From contig DATLZR010000073.1 in NCBI GenBank assembly GCA_035573895.1, positions 2,028-66,027 of the forward strand: 64,000 nucleotides of DNA. The letters are read 5' to 3'. The stretch comes from Blastocatellia bacterium. Its GTDB lineage: Bacteria; Acidobacteriota; Blastocatellia; HR10. Positions 28,184 to 37,888 of the stretch are shown here, piece after piece (the stretch's first letter is position 1; every line of letters starts with the position of its first letter). The position numbers and the translations under genes were made by a program. The notes below the pieces were generated by a model, which was given only the letters and a program-made list of their open reading frames with translations, was not told where the DNA came from and did not search any database.

Positions 28184-28516
28184 TCATAGGCGCAGCGTCT
28201 GGGTGAAGCATGTTCTCGTTCCCTGATGGCAGGCCACACCTGTCTGATCCACCAGGTAGATCAGCGCATCGGCATCGCAGTCAACCAGGATTTCCCTGAC
28301 CCGCTGGACATGTCCCGAAGTCGCGCCCTTGCGCCACAGCTCCCGGCGCGAGCGGCTGAAATAATGGGCATAGCCCGTCCGAAGGGTCTCTTCGACCGCC
28401 TCGCGATTGGCGAAGGCCACCATGAGGACTTCACCGGTTGTGGCATCCTGCGTGACCACGGGAATGAGCCCGTTCATTTTGGCGAAATCAAGAGCGTCAA
28501 CAGTCACCTCGCTCAT
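28184..28516 (-). CDS. hisI: Phosphoribosyl-AMP cyclohydrolase (monofunctional)
   Basis: The 110-aa ORF has [24 protein letters not shown] and CHQGTRTCF. No HisE domain is attached. Confidence 0.9.
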   Translation of the reverse strand: MSEVTVDALDFAKMNGLIPVVTQDATTGEVLMVAFANREAVEETLRTGYAHYFSRSRRELWRKGATSGHVQRVREILVDCDADALIYLVDQTGVACHQGTRTCFTQTLRL

Positions 28517-29283
28517 CTTCGCACCTCGATGCCTCGTTCATAAAGGTAGTGCTTAACGACCGGCAGGGGGAAGCGGTCGTAATGGAAAATGGACGCCGCC
28601 AGCGCCGCATCTGCTCCCCCGACCGTGAATGCTTCCCAAATGTGATGAGGATGACCGCAGCCGCCACTAGCAATAACAGGAATGGGCACAGCCTCCGCAA
28701 CAGCGCGTGTCAGTTCCAGATCATATCCCTGCTCCGTGCCATCACGATCAATTGATGTGAGGAGAATTTCGCCGGCTCCGAGGGCGGCCACCTCTTTGGC
28801 CCATGCGACCGCATCCCGCCCCGTCGGTTTCTTCCCCGCATGGGAGTATACTTCAAACCAGAGGTGATCTCCGTCGTACCGTCGGCGGGCATCAATGGCC
28901 ACGACGACGCATTGTTGTCCGAACAGATGACTGAGTTCGGCGACAAGTTCGGGTCTCTCCAGGGCTGCTGTATTCACCGAGATTTTATCGGCTCCGCTGC
29001 AGAGAATCGTTCGCGCATCCTCGACCGTGCGAATCCCTCCACCGACCGTAAACGGGAGATCGAGGTGCGCCGCCACCCGCCGGACAACTTCCACGAGCGT
29101 GGCGCGAGCTTCAACCGATGCCGTTATGTCGAGGAACACCAGCTCGTCAGCTCCATCATCTCGATACCGAATGGCCAATTCGACGGGATCGCCGGCGTCG
29201 CGCATCTGGCGGAAATGTGTCCCCTTGAGGACGCGCCCACGATCCACATCGAGACAAGGAATGATGCGCTTGCTTAGAGCCAT
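28513..29283 (-). CDS. hisF: Imidazole glycerol phosphate synthase, cyclase subunit
   Basis: The protein begins [21 protein letters not shown]. The start is set at ATG 29281-29283. There is a 4-nt overlap with hisI. Confidence 0.95.
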   Translation of the reverse strand: MALSKRIIPCLDVDRGRVLKGTHFRQMRDAGDPVELAIRYRDDGADELVFLDITASVEARATLVEVVRRVAAHLDLPFTVGGGIRTVEDARTILCSGADKISVNTAALERPELVAELSHLFGQQCVVVAIDARRRYDGDHLWFEVYSHAGKKPTGRDAVAWAKEVAALGAGEILLTSIDRDGTEQGYDLELTRAVAEAVPIPVIASGGCGHPHHIWEAFTVGGADAALAASIFHYDRFPLPVVKHYLYERGIEVRR

Positions 29284-29290
29284 ACCCGAA

Positions 29291-30019
29291 CTAGTTGGAC
29301 CCGGCGTGCGACGTGAACGCCCGAAGCTCAGCGAGCCGTATCTGTCCCTCATAGACGGCTCGTCCCACGACGACGCCCTTCACCCCGATGCGCTGAAGCT
29401 CGGAGATGTCGCCGATATGGCCAATTCCTCCACTCGCAATCAGATGAATATCGGGAACAGTTGCCAGGCGTCCCAGAAGATCAAAGTCCGGTCCCGCTAG
29501 AGTCCCATCTCGGTCAACGGCGGTGACGAGAAAGTGCCGTACTCCGAGGGCTGCGAAATGACGGACCGCGTGCTCGATGGCGATTCCCGTCTCCCGCGTC
29601 CATCCCTCGATGAGGACGCGTTCGCGAGCCCCATCCAGGGCGACGACGATCCGATCACGGTCGTATCGCTCAAGGAGTCGGCAGAGGACGTCTTCATGGC
29701 GGAAAGCAAGCGTGCCCAGAACGACCCGACTCACGCCACGATCGAGCAGCTCGCACACATCTTCCTCACGCCGCAGTCCCCCACCGACCTGGACAGGGAT
29801 TTTGACTTTTTGCGCAATTTTCACCACTACCTCTCGCTGCGACCCGCGCGACAGCGCCGCATCGAGATCTACGACGTGCAGCGCCCCGGCTCCTTCCCTT
29901 GCCCACCGGACAGCCATTGCCAGGGGATCATCACCGTAGACCGTCATCTGTGACGGATCGCCTTGCCGCAACCGGACGACCCGTCCTCCGAGGATATCAA
30001 TGGCCACATAAATCTCCAT
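29291..30019 (-). CDS. hisA: ProFAR isomerase
   Basis: The protein begins [17 protein letters not shown]. The start ATG 30017-30019 overlaps the hisH stop by 1 nt (TAATG). Confidence 0.9.
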   Translation of the reverse strand: MEIYVAIDILGGRVVRLRQGDPSQMTVYGDDPLAMAVRWAREGAGALHVVDLDAALSRGSQREVVVKIAQKVKIPVQVGGGLRREEDVCELLDRGVSRVVLGTLAFRHEDVLCRLLERYDRDRIVVALDGARERVLIEGWTRETGIAIEHAVRHFAALGVRHFLVTAVDRDGTLAGPDFDLLGRLATVPDIHLIASGGIGHIGDISELQRIGVKGVVVGRAVYEGQIRLAELRAFTSHAGSN

Positions 30020-30618
30020 TACGACTTTGCCAGACGCAGAAAATTCCGCAGAATTTTCCGTCCCGTCGGACCGGATTTCTCGGGGTGAAATTGGGTACCG
30101 AAGAGACTGCCCTGCCCCACGATGGCGGGAAAGCGAACGCCGTAGCTGCACCGAGCGAGCACGATCTTCTCGTCAGCGGGTGCGGGGTAGAACGAGTGAA
30201 CGAAATAAACCCATTCGCCGTCGGCGACGCCCTCCAGCAGAGGATGGGGCTGGGCGATTTCTAGCGTATTCCATCCGATGTGAGGCACCTTCACCGACTG
30301 AGGCAAACGGACGACGCGACCCGGGAAGAGATGCAATCCTTCCCCCGGCGCTTCCTCACTCTGATCGAACAGCAGTTGCATTCCGAGGCAGATACCCAGC
30401 ACGGGGAGCCCTCGCTCGATGAGTTCCGCCAGCGACTCGCGCAGGGAGCGCACGTGTGCGGCGGCCGGTGCGAAATTCCCCACCCCAGGCAAGATCACGG
30501 CATCATAACCGCACGAGGGAAGCTCCGACACAACGAGGGGTCGCGCGCCTTCTCGTTCGAGAGCCGAGCGCAGGCTGAAAAGGTTTCCCACCCCGTAATC
30601 CAGGATCACGATGCGCAT
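30019..30618 (-). CDS. hisH: Imidazole glycerol phosphate synthase, glutamine amidotransferase subunit
   Basis: MRIVILDYGVGNLFSL is present. The catalytic Cys lies in GICLGMQLL, and the FHPEKS motif is present. Confidence 0.95.
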   Translation of the reverse strand: MRIVILDYGVGNLFSLRSALEREGARPLVVSELPSCGYDAVILPGVGNFAPAAAHVRSLRESLAELIERGLPVLGICLGMQLLFDQSEEAPGEGLHLFPGRVVRLPQSVKVPHIGWNTLEIAQPHPLLEGVADGEWVYFVHSFYPAPADEKIVLARCSYGVRFPAIVGQGSLFGTQFHPEKSGPTGRKILRNFLRLAKS

Positions 30619-30621
30619 CTT

Positions 30622-31197
30622 TCAGATCACCCCTTTGGAACTCGGAACACCCGACCGGCGCGGATCGGCTGACACTGCCTGTCGGAGAGCCAGCGCGAGC
30701 GCCTTCACCCCGGCCTCGACCTTATGGTGATCGTTCTCGCCATAGTGTACGATGACGTGGATTGTCGCTTCAAGCGCCGTCGCCAGCGATCGCAGGAAAT
30801 GATAGATATCCTCCCGCGGCATATCTTCCACGCCGTCTCTCTCGATCTTCAGGTCAACTACCGCATACGGACGACGCGCAAGATCAACACTGGCTGAGGC
30901 GAGAGCATCATCCAGCGGCACAACCGCCCATCCGAAGCGAGAGATTCCTTCCCGCCCTCCCAATGCCCGATTGAGGGCCTCGCCAACCGCCAGCGCCGTA
31001 TCCTCGACGATATGATGCACGAGATCCCCGTCCGCCGATACCTCCAGATCAAAGAGCGCGTGGTGGCCGATCAACTCCAGCATGTGTTTGAGAAAGCCAA
31101 TTCTCGTCCGGACGGATGCGGCCCCCGTCCCCTCAATACGAACGGTGGTCGTGATTTCCGTCTCGCGTGTCTTTCGCTCAACGTGACCGGTGCGCAT
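30622..31197 (-). CDS. hisB: Imidazoleglycerol-phosphate dehydratase (monofunctional, no phosphatase domain)
   Basis: The 191-aa ORF has RKTRETEI, HHIVEDTALAVGEA and the His-rich motifs of IGPD. Confidence 0.95.
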   Translation of the reverse strand: MRTGHVERKTRETEITTTVRIEGTGAASVRTRIGFLKHMLELIGHHALFDLEVSADGDLVHHIVEDTALAVGEALNRALGGREGISRFGWAVVPLDDALASASVDLARRPYAVVDLKIERDGVEDMPREDIYHFLRSLATALEATIHVIVHYGENDHHKVEAGVKALALALRQAVSADPRRSGVPSSKGVI

Positions 31198-31204
31198 AGG
31201 GTCC

Positions 31205-32392
31205 TCACCTTTTTAACGAAGACAGGACGCCGGGCAGCTCATTGACCGAAGGGAGAATGAGCGCCGCTCCGGCATCCATGAACAGGCGGATCCTGGCTCC
31301 CGGGTTGTAGCCATAACGATAGACTCCACAAAAGAGGCATCGAATGCCGCTCATCTCCGCCCGCCTGACCATGATGAAATCTTCGGCGGAATCGCCGACA
31401 TACAGCAGTGCCGGTGGATGACCGAGTGCACTCCTGGCTTTCAGCAATCCATAGGGACTCGGTTTTCCGATGGACTCCGCGTGTTCCCGGTCATATTCGT
31501 CTTCGAGAAAGACGAGCGCCGACGAGTCAAAGACAGTCAGCCGATCACCGAGCGTTTTCTCGGCGGTACTACGGCGCCGACCGGACACAATGCCAAGCCG
31601 TCCAGAGAAAAGAGCAGCTAAGCGACGACCGACAGTGTCGGTGAGAATCGGTCGCTCGTGATCCACACACCCCGACCCGCGAGCGAATCGCGGTTCGATC
31701 CCGAAGACGGTGCGACAGTACTCCTCTCCATAGAAAAACTCATTGAAAACCGTGACGACGAGACTCTCGCCCATTGCTCCGGGATAGGCGAGAAATCGCT
31801 GAAACGCTGAAAGGGCGGTGAGCTTCCAGGAAGGAAGTTCCCATGACTCACGGATCTGTCGTTCGACCGATGGCAAGCCAGAGCTATCGGCTGCGTCCGC
31901 CAGCGCCAACAAACGGGCACGCGCCTGGTGGACATTGAGCGGCGAGCGCCATCGAATCGCTTCGACGAAAGCATCCTTCCGCCTGATCTCTCGCACGTAG
32001 GCGATCAGCCGCTCGGTCGCCTCCGTGATAAAGGCCCCCCCCAGGTGCTCATCGGTCTCCAGAAAAACTCGTAGCAGCGCGTCATCAAGTTGAACAAACG
32101 TCCCCAGCAAAAGAGCACATACCGTATCCCAATCGTTGTTGAACCCGCCGCTCTGGCGAAAGCGATAAATCATGCGCCGGGTCGCCAGCGGGGAAAAATC
32201 CCGGTAGAAGAGTTTGCTGAGGAGGTATCGAACGGTTCGACTTATGGCCACATCGTACGAGGGACGAACATCAATAAGTACCCCGTCGCAATCGAAAACG
32301 AGAGCAGAAATCGAAGCAAGTGCCTCCCGTTCGTCCGCGCGAATGTAGGCACGTCCCCCCTCCGTCGGGACTTCGGAGTAGACGACGTTCAT
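31205..32392 (-). CDS. HAD-superfamily hydrolase with a very large cap insertion; candidate histidinol-phosphate phosphatase
   Basis: HAD motif I is FDCDGVLID, motif II GIVSGR, motif III GKPSP and motif IV YVGDSAEDF. The start ATG 32390-32392 overlaps the hisC stop (ATGA), and the stop lies 7 nt before the hisB start. Confidence 0.75.
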   Translation of the reverse strand: MNVVYSEVPTEGGRAYIRADEREALASISALVFDCDGVLIDVRPSYDVAISRTVRYLLSKLFYRDFSPLATRRMIYRFRQSGGFNNDWDTVCALLLGTFVQLDDALLRVFLETDEHLGGAFITEATERLIAYVREIRRKDAFVEAIRWRSPLNVHQARARLLALADAADSSGLPSVERQIRESWELPSWKLTALSAFQRFLAYPGAMGESLVVTVFNEFFYGEEYCRTVFGIEPRFARGSGCVDHERPILTDTVGRRLAALFSGRLGIVSGRRRSTAEKTLGDRLTVFDSSALVFLEDEYDREHAESIGKPSPYGLLKARSALGHPPALLYVGDSAEDFIMVRRAEMSGIRCLFCGVYRYGYNPGARIRLFMDAGAALILPSVNELPGVLSSLKR

Positions 32393-33483
32393 CTCAAACA
32401 CTCCCTCAGAGTCTCGACGACGAGATCGTTCACCTCCGGGACGCCCACCGTTATTCGCAAACAGCCCGACCAACCGAGAACGTCCCCGACGAGCTTGATT
32501 CGAATTCCCCGATCGGCGAGCGCCGAAAGGATTCCTTCAGCTCCGTCCCCAGCGGCCAAGAGAAGAAAGTTTGTTTGCGATGGGAACACCGTCAGTCCCA
32601 ACTGAAGGAGACGATGCCGCAATCGCTCGCGCTCGGCCTTCAGCGCGTCCACGGCCCCACGAACGATCGCCGGTTGAGCGAGAAGCTTCACCGCCAGCCG
32701 AAGAGCAAAGGCATTCAGGGGATAGGGGTATTGAACTTTCTCCGCGAAGACGCGAATCAGTCTCGGGCGACCGATCATGTACCCGAGACGCATTCCGGCA
32801 AGTCCCCACGCCTTGGACATCGTCCGGAGAATTACGACATTGTCATACTCCCTCACGAGATCAGCCAGGCTCTCCTCGGCATACTCGACATAGGCCTCGT
32901 CAACGACGACGAGCGCCGATCTATCAGCAATCAGTTGTTCCACATCGCGACGAGCCAATGAGTTTCCCGTCGGATTATTGGGCGAGCAGAGGAAAAGCAG
33001 TCGGGCTGCCGGTGCGGCTAGTTCTTTTCGCATCCTCTCAACATCCAGCGAGAAATCAGGACGAAGAGGAACCTCGATGAACCGAGCGCCTGTCAGCCGA
33101 CTTCGAATGCGATAAAACGAATAGGTGGGAGTGACCGATACCGCCGTCGTCGTCGGACCGAGGAAAACATCGCACAGGAAGGCGATGAGCTGATCTGCTC
33201 CGGAACCCAGGAGAATATGATCTTCCGGGAAACCTGTTGTCGCTGCGAGCGCTGAAACAAGTGCGGCATAGTCCGCTGCGGGATAGAACCGAGGATCCAC
33301 CTCCCGAGCGACTTCATCCATGAGCGACGCCATGAGCGTTTCGGGGAGATAGCTGTTTTCATTGGCATCGAGTTTCCCTCGAGGGTGAATCCCATCAGAT
33401 CCCGCCCCGGCCCACGGCAAAGGATACCCTTCGGCCAGCGCCAGTTCCTCAAGCCGCCTGTCGAACCAGTCCTTCACCTTCAT
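32389..33483 (-). CDS. hisC: Histidinol-phosphate aminotransferase
   Basis: The 364-aa class II aminotransferase has LCSPNNPTGN, and the PLP lysine lies in RTMSKAWGLAGMRLGY. Confidence 0.9.
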   Translation of the reverse strand: MKVKDWFDRRLEELALAEGYPLPWAGAGSDGIHPRGKLDANENSYLPETLMASLMDEVAREVDPRFYPAADYAALVSALAATTGFPEDHILLGSGADQLIAFLCDVFLGPTTTAVSVTPTYSFYRIRSRLTGARFIEVPLRPDFSLDVERMRKELAAPAARLLFLCSPNNPTGNSLARRDVEQLIADRSALVVVDEAYVEYAEESLADLVREYDNVVILRTMSKAWGLAGMRLGYMIGRPRLIRVFAEKVQYPYPLNAFALRLAVKLLAQPAIVRGAVDALKAERERLRHRLLQLGLTVFPSQTNFLLLAAGDGAEGILSALADRGIRIKLVGDVLGWSGCLRITVGVPEVNDLVVETLRECLR

Positions 33484-33558
33484 TCTCGATCACGACGCGT
33501 TCCGTTTATCACCGTTCGAAATGCTGGGGGCGACGACCCCCGCGGCGGTTCAGTGAAC

Positions 33559-34893
33559 TCAATCGTCTCTCCAACGCCTCGCGAGCGCCGCATAATGATT
33601 GGGCAGCCCTTCGGCCCGCGCCAAAAATCCCACAGGCGTGACAAAACGATCGAGCGTTGAATCGGAACACTCAACGGCTGTCATCCGCTTGAGGAAATCG
33701 AATGCGGAAAGACCAGATGCCCGACGAGCCCATCCACCGGTCGGAAGAACGTGGTTGGTCCCCACCACATAGTCAGTCAGTACCACCGATGTATCCGTTC
33801 CCACCAGAATCAATCCCGCTGACGTAATGCGACGGGCAACCTCCCATCCATCTTTCATCATGATTTCGAGGTGTTCGGGCGCGAACTCGTTGACGAACTG
33901 GATGAGGCGATCAACATCCTCATCGTAGACCACGAACCCATGCGTCCTCAGTGCGGTCATCACAAGTTCGCGCCGAGCTACGCCGGGCAGAAGCTGGGCG
34001 ATCATTTCCCTGACTTCCTCGGCCAGTGCTCGGGATGTTGTGACCAGACCGCAGACGCTATCCTCACCATGTTCTGCCTGGGAGATGAGGTCCCAGGCGA
34101 TGGCGCGGGCATGACCTGTGTCATCGGCGAGCACCACCAGCTCCGATGGTCCGGCTGGCATATCAATCGCGACCCGATCAGACACAAGCTGTTTGGCCAT
34201 GGCGACGACGGAACTGCCGGGACCAACGATCTTCTCCACCGGCTGAATCGTCTCCGTCCCAAAGGCCATGGCGGCGATGGCCTGTGCCCCGCCGATGCGA
34301 TAAATCTCATCTACCCCACATTGATCGGCGGCCACGAGCACGAGCGGATGAACCTTTTTTGTTCCATAGACCGGCGGCGTACACAACACAACCCGACGCA
34401 CGCCTGCCAGTTTCGCGGGAATCACGCTCATCAAAACCGAGCTGGGGTAGACGGCCTTCCCTCCAGGGACATAGCAGCCGACACTCGAGAGAGGAGCATA
34501 CCAACTGCGAATCACCACGCCCTGCCGATGAATCTCCCGAACCGGGAGGCGACGGAGCCAGGCGCGCTCGGCTTTTTCGATATTTTTCCGGGCGAGCGTC
34601 AACGCCTTCAGCTCGTCCCGCGAAACGGCTAGATAAGCACGCTCGATCTCTCGCCGAGAGACGCGAAGATCCGACGGACGGAGCGACACCCCATCGAATT
34701 TCTTCGCCCATCGGATAAGAGCACGATCGCCCTTATGAGCGACATCCATGAGGATTCGCTCGACGTCCAAACGCAACTTCGGCAGTGATGGCCGACGATT
34801 CAGCCGGCGGGCGAGAAGCTGTCGAACCGAGAGATGACCTCTCGCCGGACGCGAGTCGAGCCGTTCGAGGCGAAGAATCTCACGACTTCTCAT
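33559..34893 (-). CDS. hisD: Histidinol dehydrogenase
   Basis: The 444-aa ORF has YVPGGKAVYPSSVLM, SQAEHGEDS and VGTNHVLPTGG. Confidence 0.95.
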   Translation of the reverse strand: MRSREILRLERLDSRPARGHLSVRQLLARRLNRRPSLPKLRLDVERILMDVAHKGDRALIRWAKKFDGVSLRPSDLRVSRREIERAYLAVSRDELKALTLARKNIEKAERAWLRRLPVREIHRQGVVIRSWYAPLSSVGCYVPGGKAVYPSSVLMSVIPAKLAGVRRVVLCTPPVYGTKKVHPLVLVAADQCGVDEIYRIGGAQAIAAMAFGTETIQPVEKIVGPGSSVVAMAKQLVSDRVAIDMPAGPSELVVLADDTGHARAIAWDLISQAEHGEDSVCGLVTTSRALAEEVREMIAQLLPGVARRELVMTALRTHGFVVYDEDVDRLIQFVNEFAPEHLEIMMKDGWEVARRITSAGLILVGTDTSVVLTDYVVGTNHVLPTGGWARRASGLSAFDFLKRMTAVECSDSTLDRFVTPVGFLARAEGLPNHYAALARRWRDD

Positions 34894-35866
34894 AAGCTTC
34901 GTCCCGGGCGATTTCTTCCAGCGGGAGGATCTGGCGCGGCTCGTGCACCACCAGCCCCTGCGCGAGTTGCCGTAACACGGGCAGCAGGGTGAGGAACTCT
35001 TGTTTCTCCACCACGGTATTCACAGAATACCACCCCTTAACCGAGAGCGCGCTTATCGTCGGTCGCTTCAAGGCCGGTAATCGCTGGAGCAGCGTGTCGA
35101 GATTTTCCTCCTTGACGTTGACGAAGATGTGGAGTTTCTTAGCGCCGTCAATGACGCCCTTCAAAAGCGTCATGATGTCATAAATTTTCTCCCGCTTGGC
35201 CCGCTGCCGTAGCGCCTGACGATTGGCGATGAGAACGGCCGAAGACTCAAGGATCGTCTCAATGGCTTTGAGGTTATTGCGCTCCAGCGTAGTTCCCGTT
35301 TCAATGAGATCAATGATGGCATCCGTATCTTCAGGAGGCTTGGCCTCGGTGGCCCCAAAGGACAGGTAAATCCTGACCTTGTCATTTGTGCCCCGCCGCC
35401 ACCAGGGAGTGATTACCATCGGTTCCCGCTTGCCGAAGGCTCTACGGTAGGTGGGATTGGCCTTGACGTACTCTGCCGAGATGTTGAGATACTCCGCGGA
35501 AATGCGCACCGGTTTCCCCTGCCGCCAGAAGTGACGAAAGAGATCGGACAGCGACGTCACGGGTAAGGTGGTCGGCACGGCAATGACGAGTTTTACCTTT
35601 CCGTACTCGAGATCGAGAAGGGTCTCGACGTTGGCGTGGGTCTCCTGAATCCAATCCTGACCCGTAATGCCCACATCGTGAAGTCCTTCGGCAACGAAGA
35701 TCGGGATCTCCTGCGGGCGAAGCATCTTCAGCTCGATCTCGGGATCGCTAATTCGTGGCCGGTAAGTCCGCTCCCGGCCCGAGATCGTGTACCAAGCTCG
35801 TTCCAGCAAGTCAAACGTTGCTTTTTCGAGCGACCCTTTCGGGATGGCGAATCGAACTCTACTCAT
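34880..35866 (-). CDS. hisG: ATP phosphoribosyltransferase, long form with C-terminal regulatory domain
   Basis: The protein begins MSRVRFAIPKGSLEKATFDLL, and DLIETGTTLERNNL is present. It overlaps hisD by 14 nt. Confidence 0.9.
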   Translation of the reverse strand: MSRVRFAIPKGSLEKATFDLLERAWYTISGRERTYRPRISDPEIELKMLRPQEIPIFVAEGLHDVGITGQDWIQETHANVETLLDLEYGKVKLVIAVPTTLPVTSLSDLFRHFWRQGKPVRISAEYLNISAEYVKANPTYRRAFGKREPMVITPWWRRGTNDKVRIYLSFGATEAKPPEDTDAIIDLIETGTTLERNNLKAIETILESSAVLIANRQALRQRAKREKIYDIMTLLKGVIDGAKKLHIFVNVKEENLDTLLQRLPALKRPTISALSVKGWYSVNTVVEKQEFLTLLPVLRQLAQGLVVHEPRQILPLEEIARDEAYEKS

Positions 35867-35955
35867 GGGCGACCGTGAGTGACCATCACAGAAGATGGGG
35901 TAAATGGTTTCGTTCTCTTACCGCTGTTTTTCATCGTGACGCTACAAAAGCCTAC

Positions 35956-35985
35956 AATTTAAGAGGATCATCGGGCGACTGTCAA
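35956..35985 (-). promoter_or_regulatory. Candidate sigma70-type promoter of the his operon
   Basis: On the minus strand: TTGACA (35980-35985), a 17-nt spacer, then TTAAAT (35957-35962). The site is about 90 nt upstream of the hisG ATG. No His-codon leader peptide was seen. Confidence 0.3.
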
Positions 35986-36404
35986 GCAACTCAAGAAGGT
36001 GATCCATTCCGAGCGAGTGGCACCTTTGTTCAAGCCAGAAAAATGACGACAGACGTTCGATCCACCATTGGAGGAAAATTCTCTCGGGGACGAAACTGAA
36101 ACAAATCAAAGAGCACACCCCCCACGTCTTATCCACGTGTATGTGAGATGATTTGCGTGCAGGACGACGATTGAGCGATCTGCTTCTTTGGAGAGAGCCC
36201 GAGAGGAGAGAGGTTTCCAGGCCTTTAGCTATGAGTTATCTTCTCCCGCCTCACGCATTGATTCTTCCAAATAAATGCCCCCTCGTACGATTTGGAATCT
36301 CGGGACACAAAGAGCCCTGTTCTGCACAGACTGTGTATGGTGCGATCCTCTGTCCCCGGTCCTTCGGCCACGTGGAGACGGTCTGGTTCCTCTCCGCAAT
36401 CCGG

Positions 36405-36599
36405 TTAATCGGCGGACGGCACAGGGGGTTTTTCTTTGCCGCGCTGGAGTAATTCGTCAATAACTGCGACGCCACTTTCGATAACGGCTTGAACAGCTAA
36501 GAGCATTTCCTTCTGAGCCCGCAGCAGGTGGTCAACGCTCGCCCGGGGAACACCCAGACATTCAATGGCTTCAATCAGTTGTGATGCCAGCTCCTTCAC
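36405..36599 (-). CDS. Small hypothetical helical protein (64 aa)
   Basis: The GTG start is preceded by GAGGGAAGAAG. The translation is amphipathic and helical (KELASQLIEAIECLGV...LLAVQAVIESGVAVIDELLQ). I recognise no family. Confidence 0.35.
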   Translation of the reverse strand: MKELASQLIEAIECLGVPRASVDHLLRAQKEMLLAVQAVIESGVAVIDELLQRGKEKPPVPSAD

Positions 36600-36683
36600 C
36601 TTCTTCCCTCATGTATACGGCGAGCAGGAGCGCTCTGGCTCCTGGAATTGCTCCTCTCTCATTCACAGGAGGCAGAAGGGGAA

Positions 36684-36768
<85 letters not shown>

Positions 36769-36784
36769 ACCCTTTGAGCATCTT

Positions 36785-37102
36785 TCACTTTTGTTGCGGC
36801 GGCTGAGGCGGTTGCGTGGGTTGAGCCTGCTGCTCTATGGGTTTAACCCGCTGGACCACCGACGAAGGCCCAAGGACATTGGGCAGGCTAAAAAGAAGTC
36901 CCAGGGTCATGAAAATGGCAGCCGCGACAATGGTAACCCAGCCGAGGAAGTGTTGAGTGCCGCGCGGACCAAACGCCGTCTGGCTCCCTCCCCCACCAAA
37001 GAGGGCAGCGGCATCCGCTTTCCCCGGTTGAAGCAACACGGCAATGATTAGAATCAAGCAGTTGAGTACGTATAGTCCAAGCAGGACTCGAACCCACCAC
37101 AT
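36785..37102 (-). CDS. secG: Preprotein translocase subunit SecG
   Basis: The 105-aa ORF has two TM segments and [23 protein letters not shown]. It lies downstream of tpiA, as in many bacteria. Confidence 0.85.
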   Translation of the reverse strand: MWWVRVLLGLYVLNCLILIIAVLLQPGKADAAALFGGGGSQTAFGPRGTQHFLGWVTIVAAAIFMTLGLLFSLPNVLGPSSVVQRVKPIEQQAQPTQPPQPPQQK

Positions 37103-37109
37103 AAGTGAA

Positions 37110-37868
37110 TCACCTCGCGTAATTCACGATCTCCGCGAAAGTCCGCGCCTCCAGGCTCGCTCCCCCGACCAAAGCACCATCAACATCAGGCTGACTCATA
37201 AGCTCGCCAATATTATCCGGCCTGACGCTCCCTCCGTAAAGAATTCGCACGGCGTCGGCCGTCACTTTCCCAAAAATTCGCGCGATGAGACGGCGAATGA
37301 ATTCATGCATCACCTGCGCTTGTTGCGGCGTGGCCGTTTTCCCCGTCCCAATCGCCCATACCGGTTCGTAGGCGATGATCATATTGGACATATCCTCGTC
37401 TGTCAAGCCAGCCAATCCCCCGGCGATTTGCTGTTCGACAACAGCGAACTCCCGTCCGGCCTCTCTTTCAGGCAGGGTTTCCCCTACACAGACGATTGCC
37501 TTCAGGCGACCCTCCAACGCGGCTCGTATCTTTCGGTTGACCATCTCATCGGTTTCTCCGTAAAAGAGCCGACGTTCCGAGTGACCGATGATGACGTATT
37601 CGCACCCGGCATCCCGCAGCATGGCGGCGCTCACCTCGCCTGTTCGCGCGCCGAATCCCCCGATATCGCAGACGTTTTGAGCGGCGACCTTAATCGCTGA
37701 CCCATCCAGTCGGTCAGCAACCGCCCGTAACGCCGTAAACGGTGGGGCAACAATAACCAGACAGTGCGAGACGTGTCCAACCAGTGATCGAAGTTCTCGC
37801 GCAGTTTCCGTCGCCTCCGGTAGAAGTTTATGCATCTTCCAGTTTCCCGCGATAATTGGCTGCCGCAT
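37110..37868 (-). CDS. tpiA: Triosephosphate isomerase
   Basis: [16 protein letters not shown] and [11 protein letters not shown] are present. Confidence 0.95.
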   Translation of the reverse strand: MRQPIIAGNWKMHKLLPEATETARELRSLVGHVSHCLVIVAPPFTALRAVADRLDGSAIKVAAQNVCDIGGFGARTGEVSAAMLRDAGCEYVIIGHSERRLFYGETDEMVNRKIRAALEGRLKAIVCVGETLPEREAGREFAVVEQQIAGGLAGLTDEDMSNMIIAYEPVWAIGTGKTATPQQAQVMHEFIRRLIARIFGKVTADAVRILYGGSVRPDNIGELMSQPDVDGALVGGASLEARTFAEIVNYAR

Positions 37869-37888
37869 TGACCAATCCCCTCGCTCCT

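Noticed and set aside
29284-29352. Upstream extension of the hisF ORF. The same issue applies to hisA (30020-30151) and the HAD gene (32393-32473).
   Set aside because: The extensions overlap the preceding his genes. The conserved N-termini ([25 protein letters not shown], and the ATGA-coupled MNVVYSE) begin at internal ATGs.
33871-34632. 253-aa plus-strand ORF.
   Set aside because: It is antisense to hisD and has no motifs.
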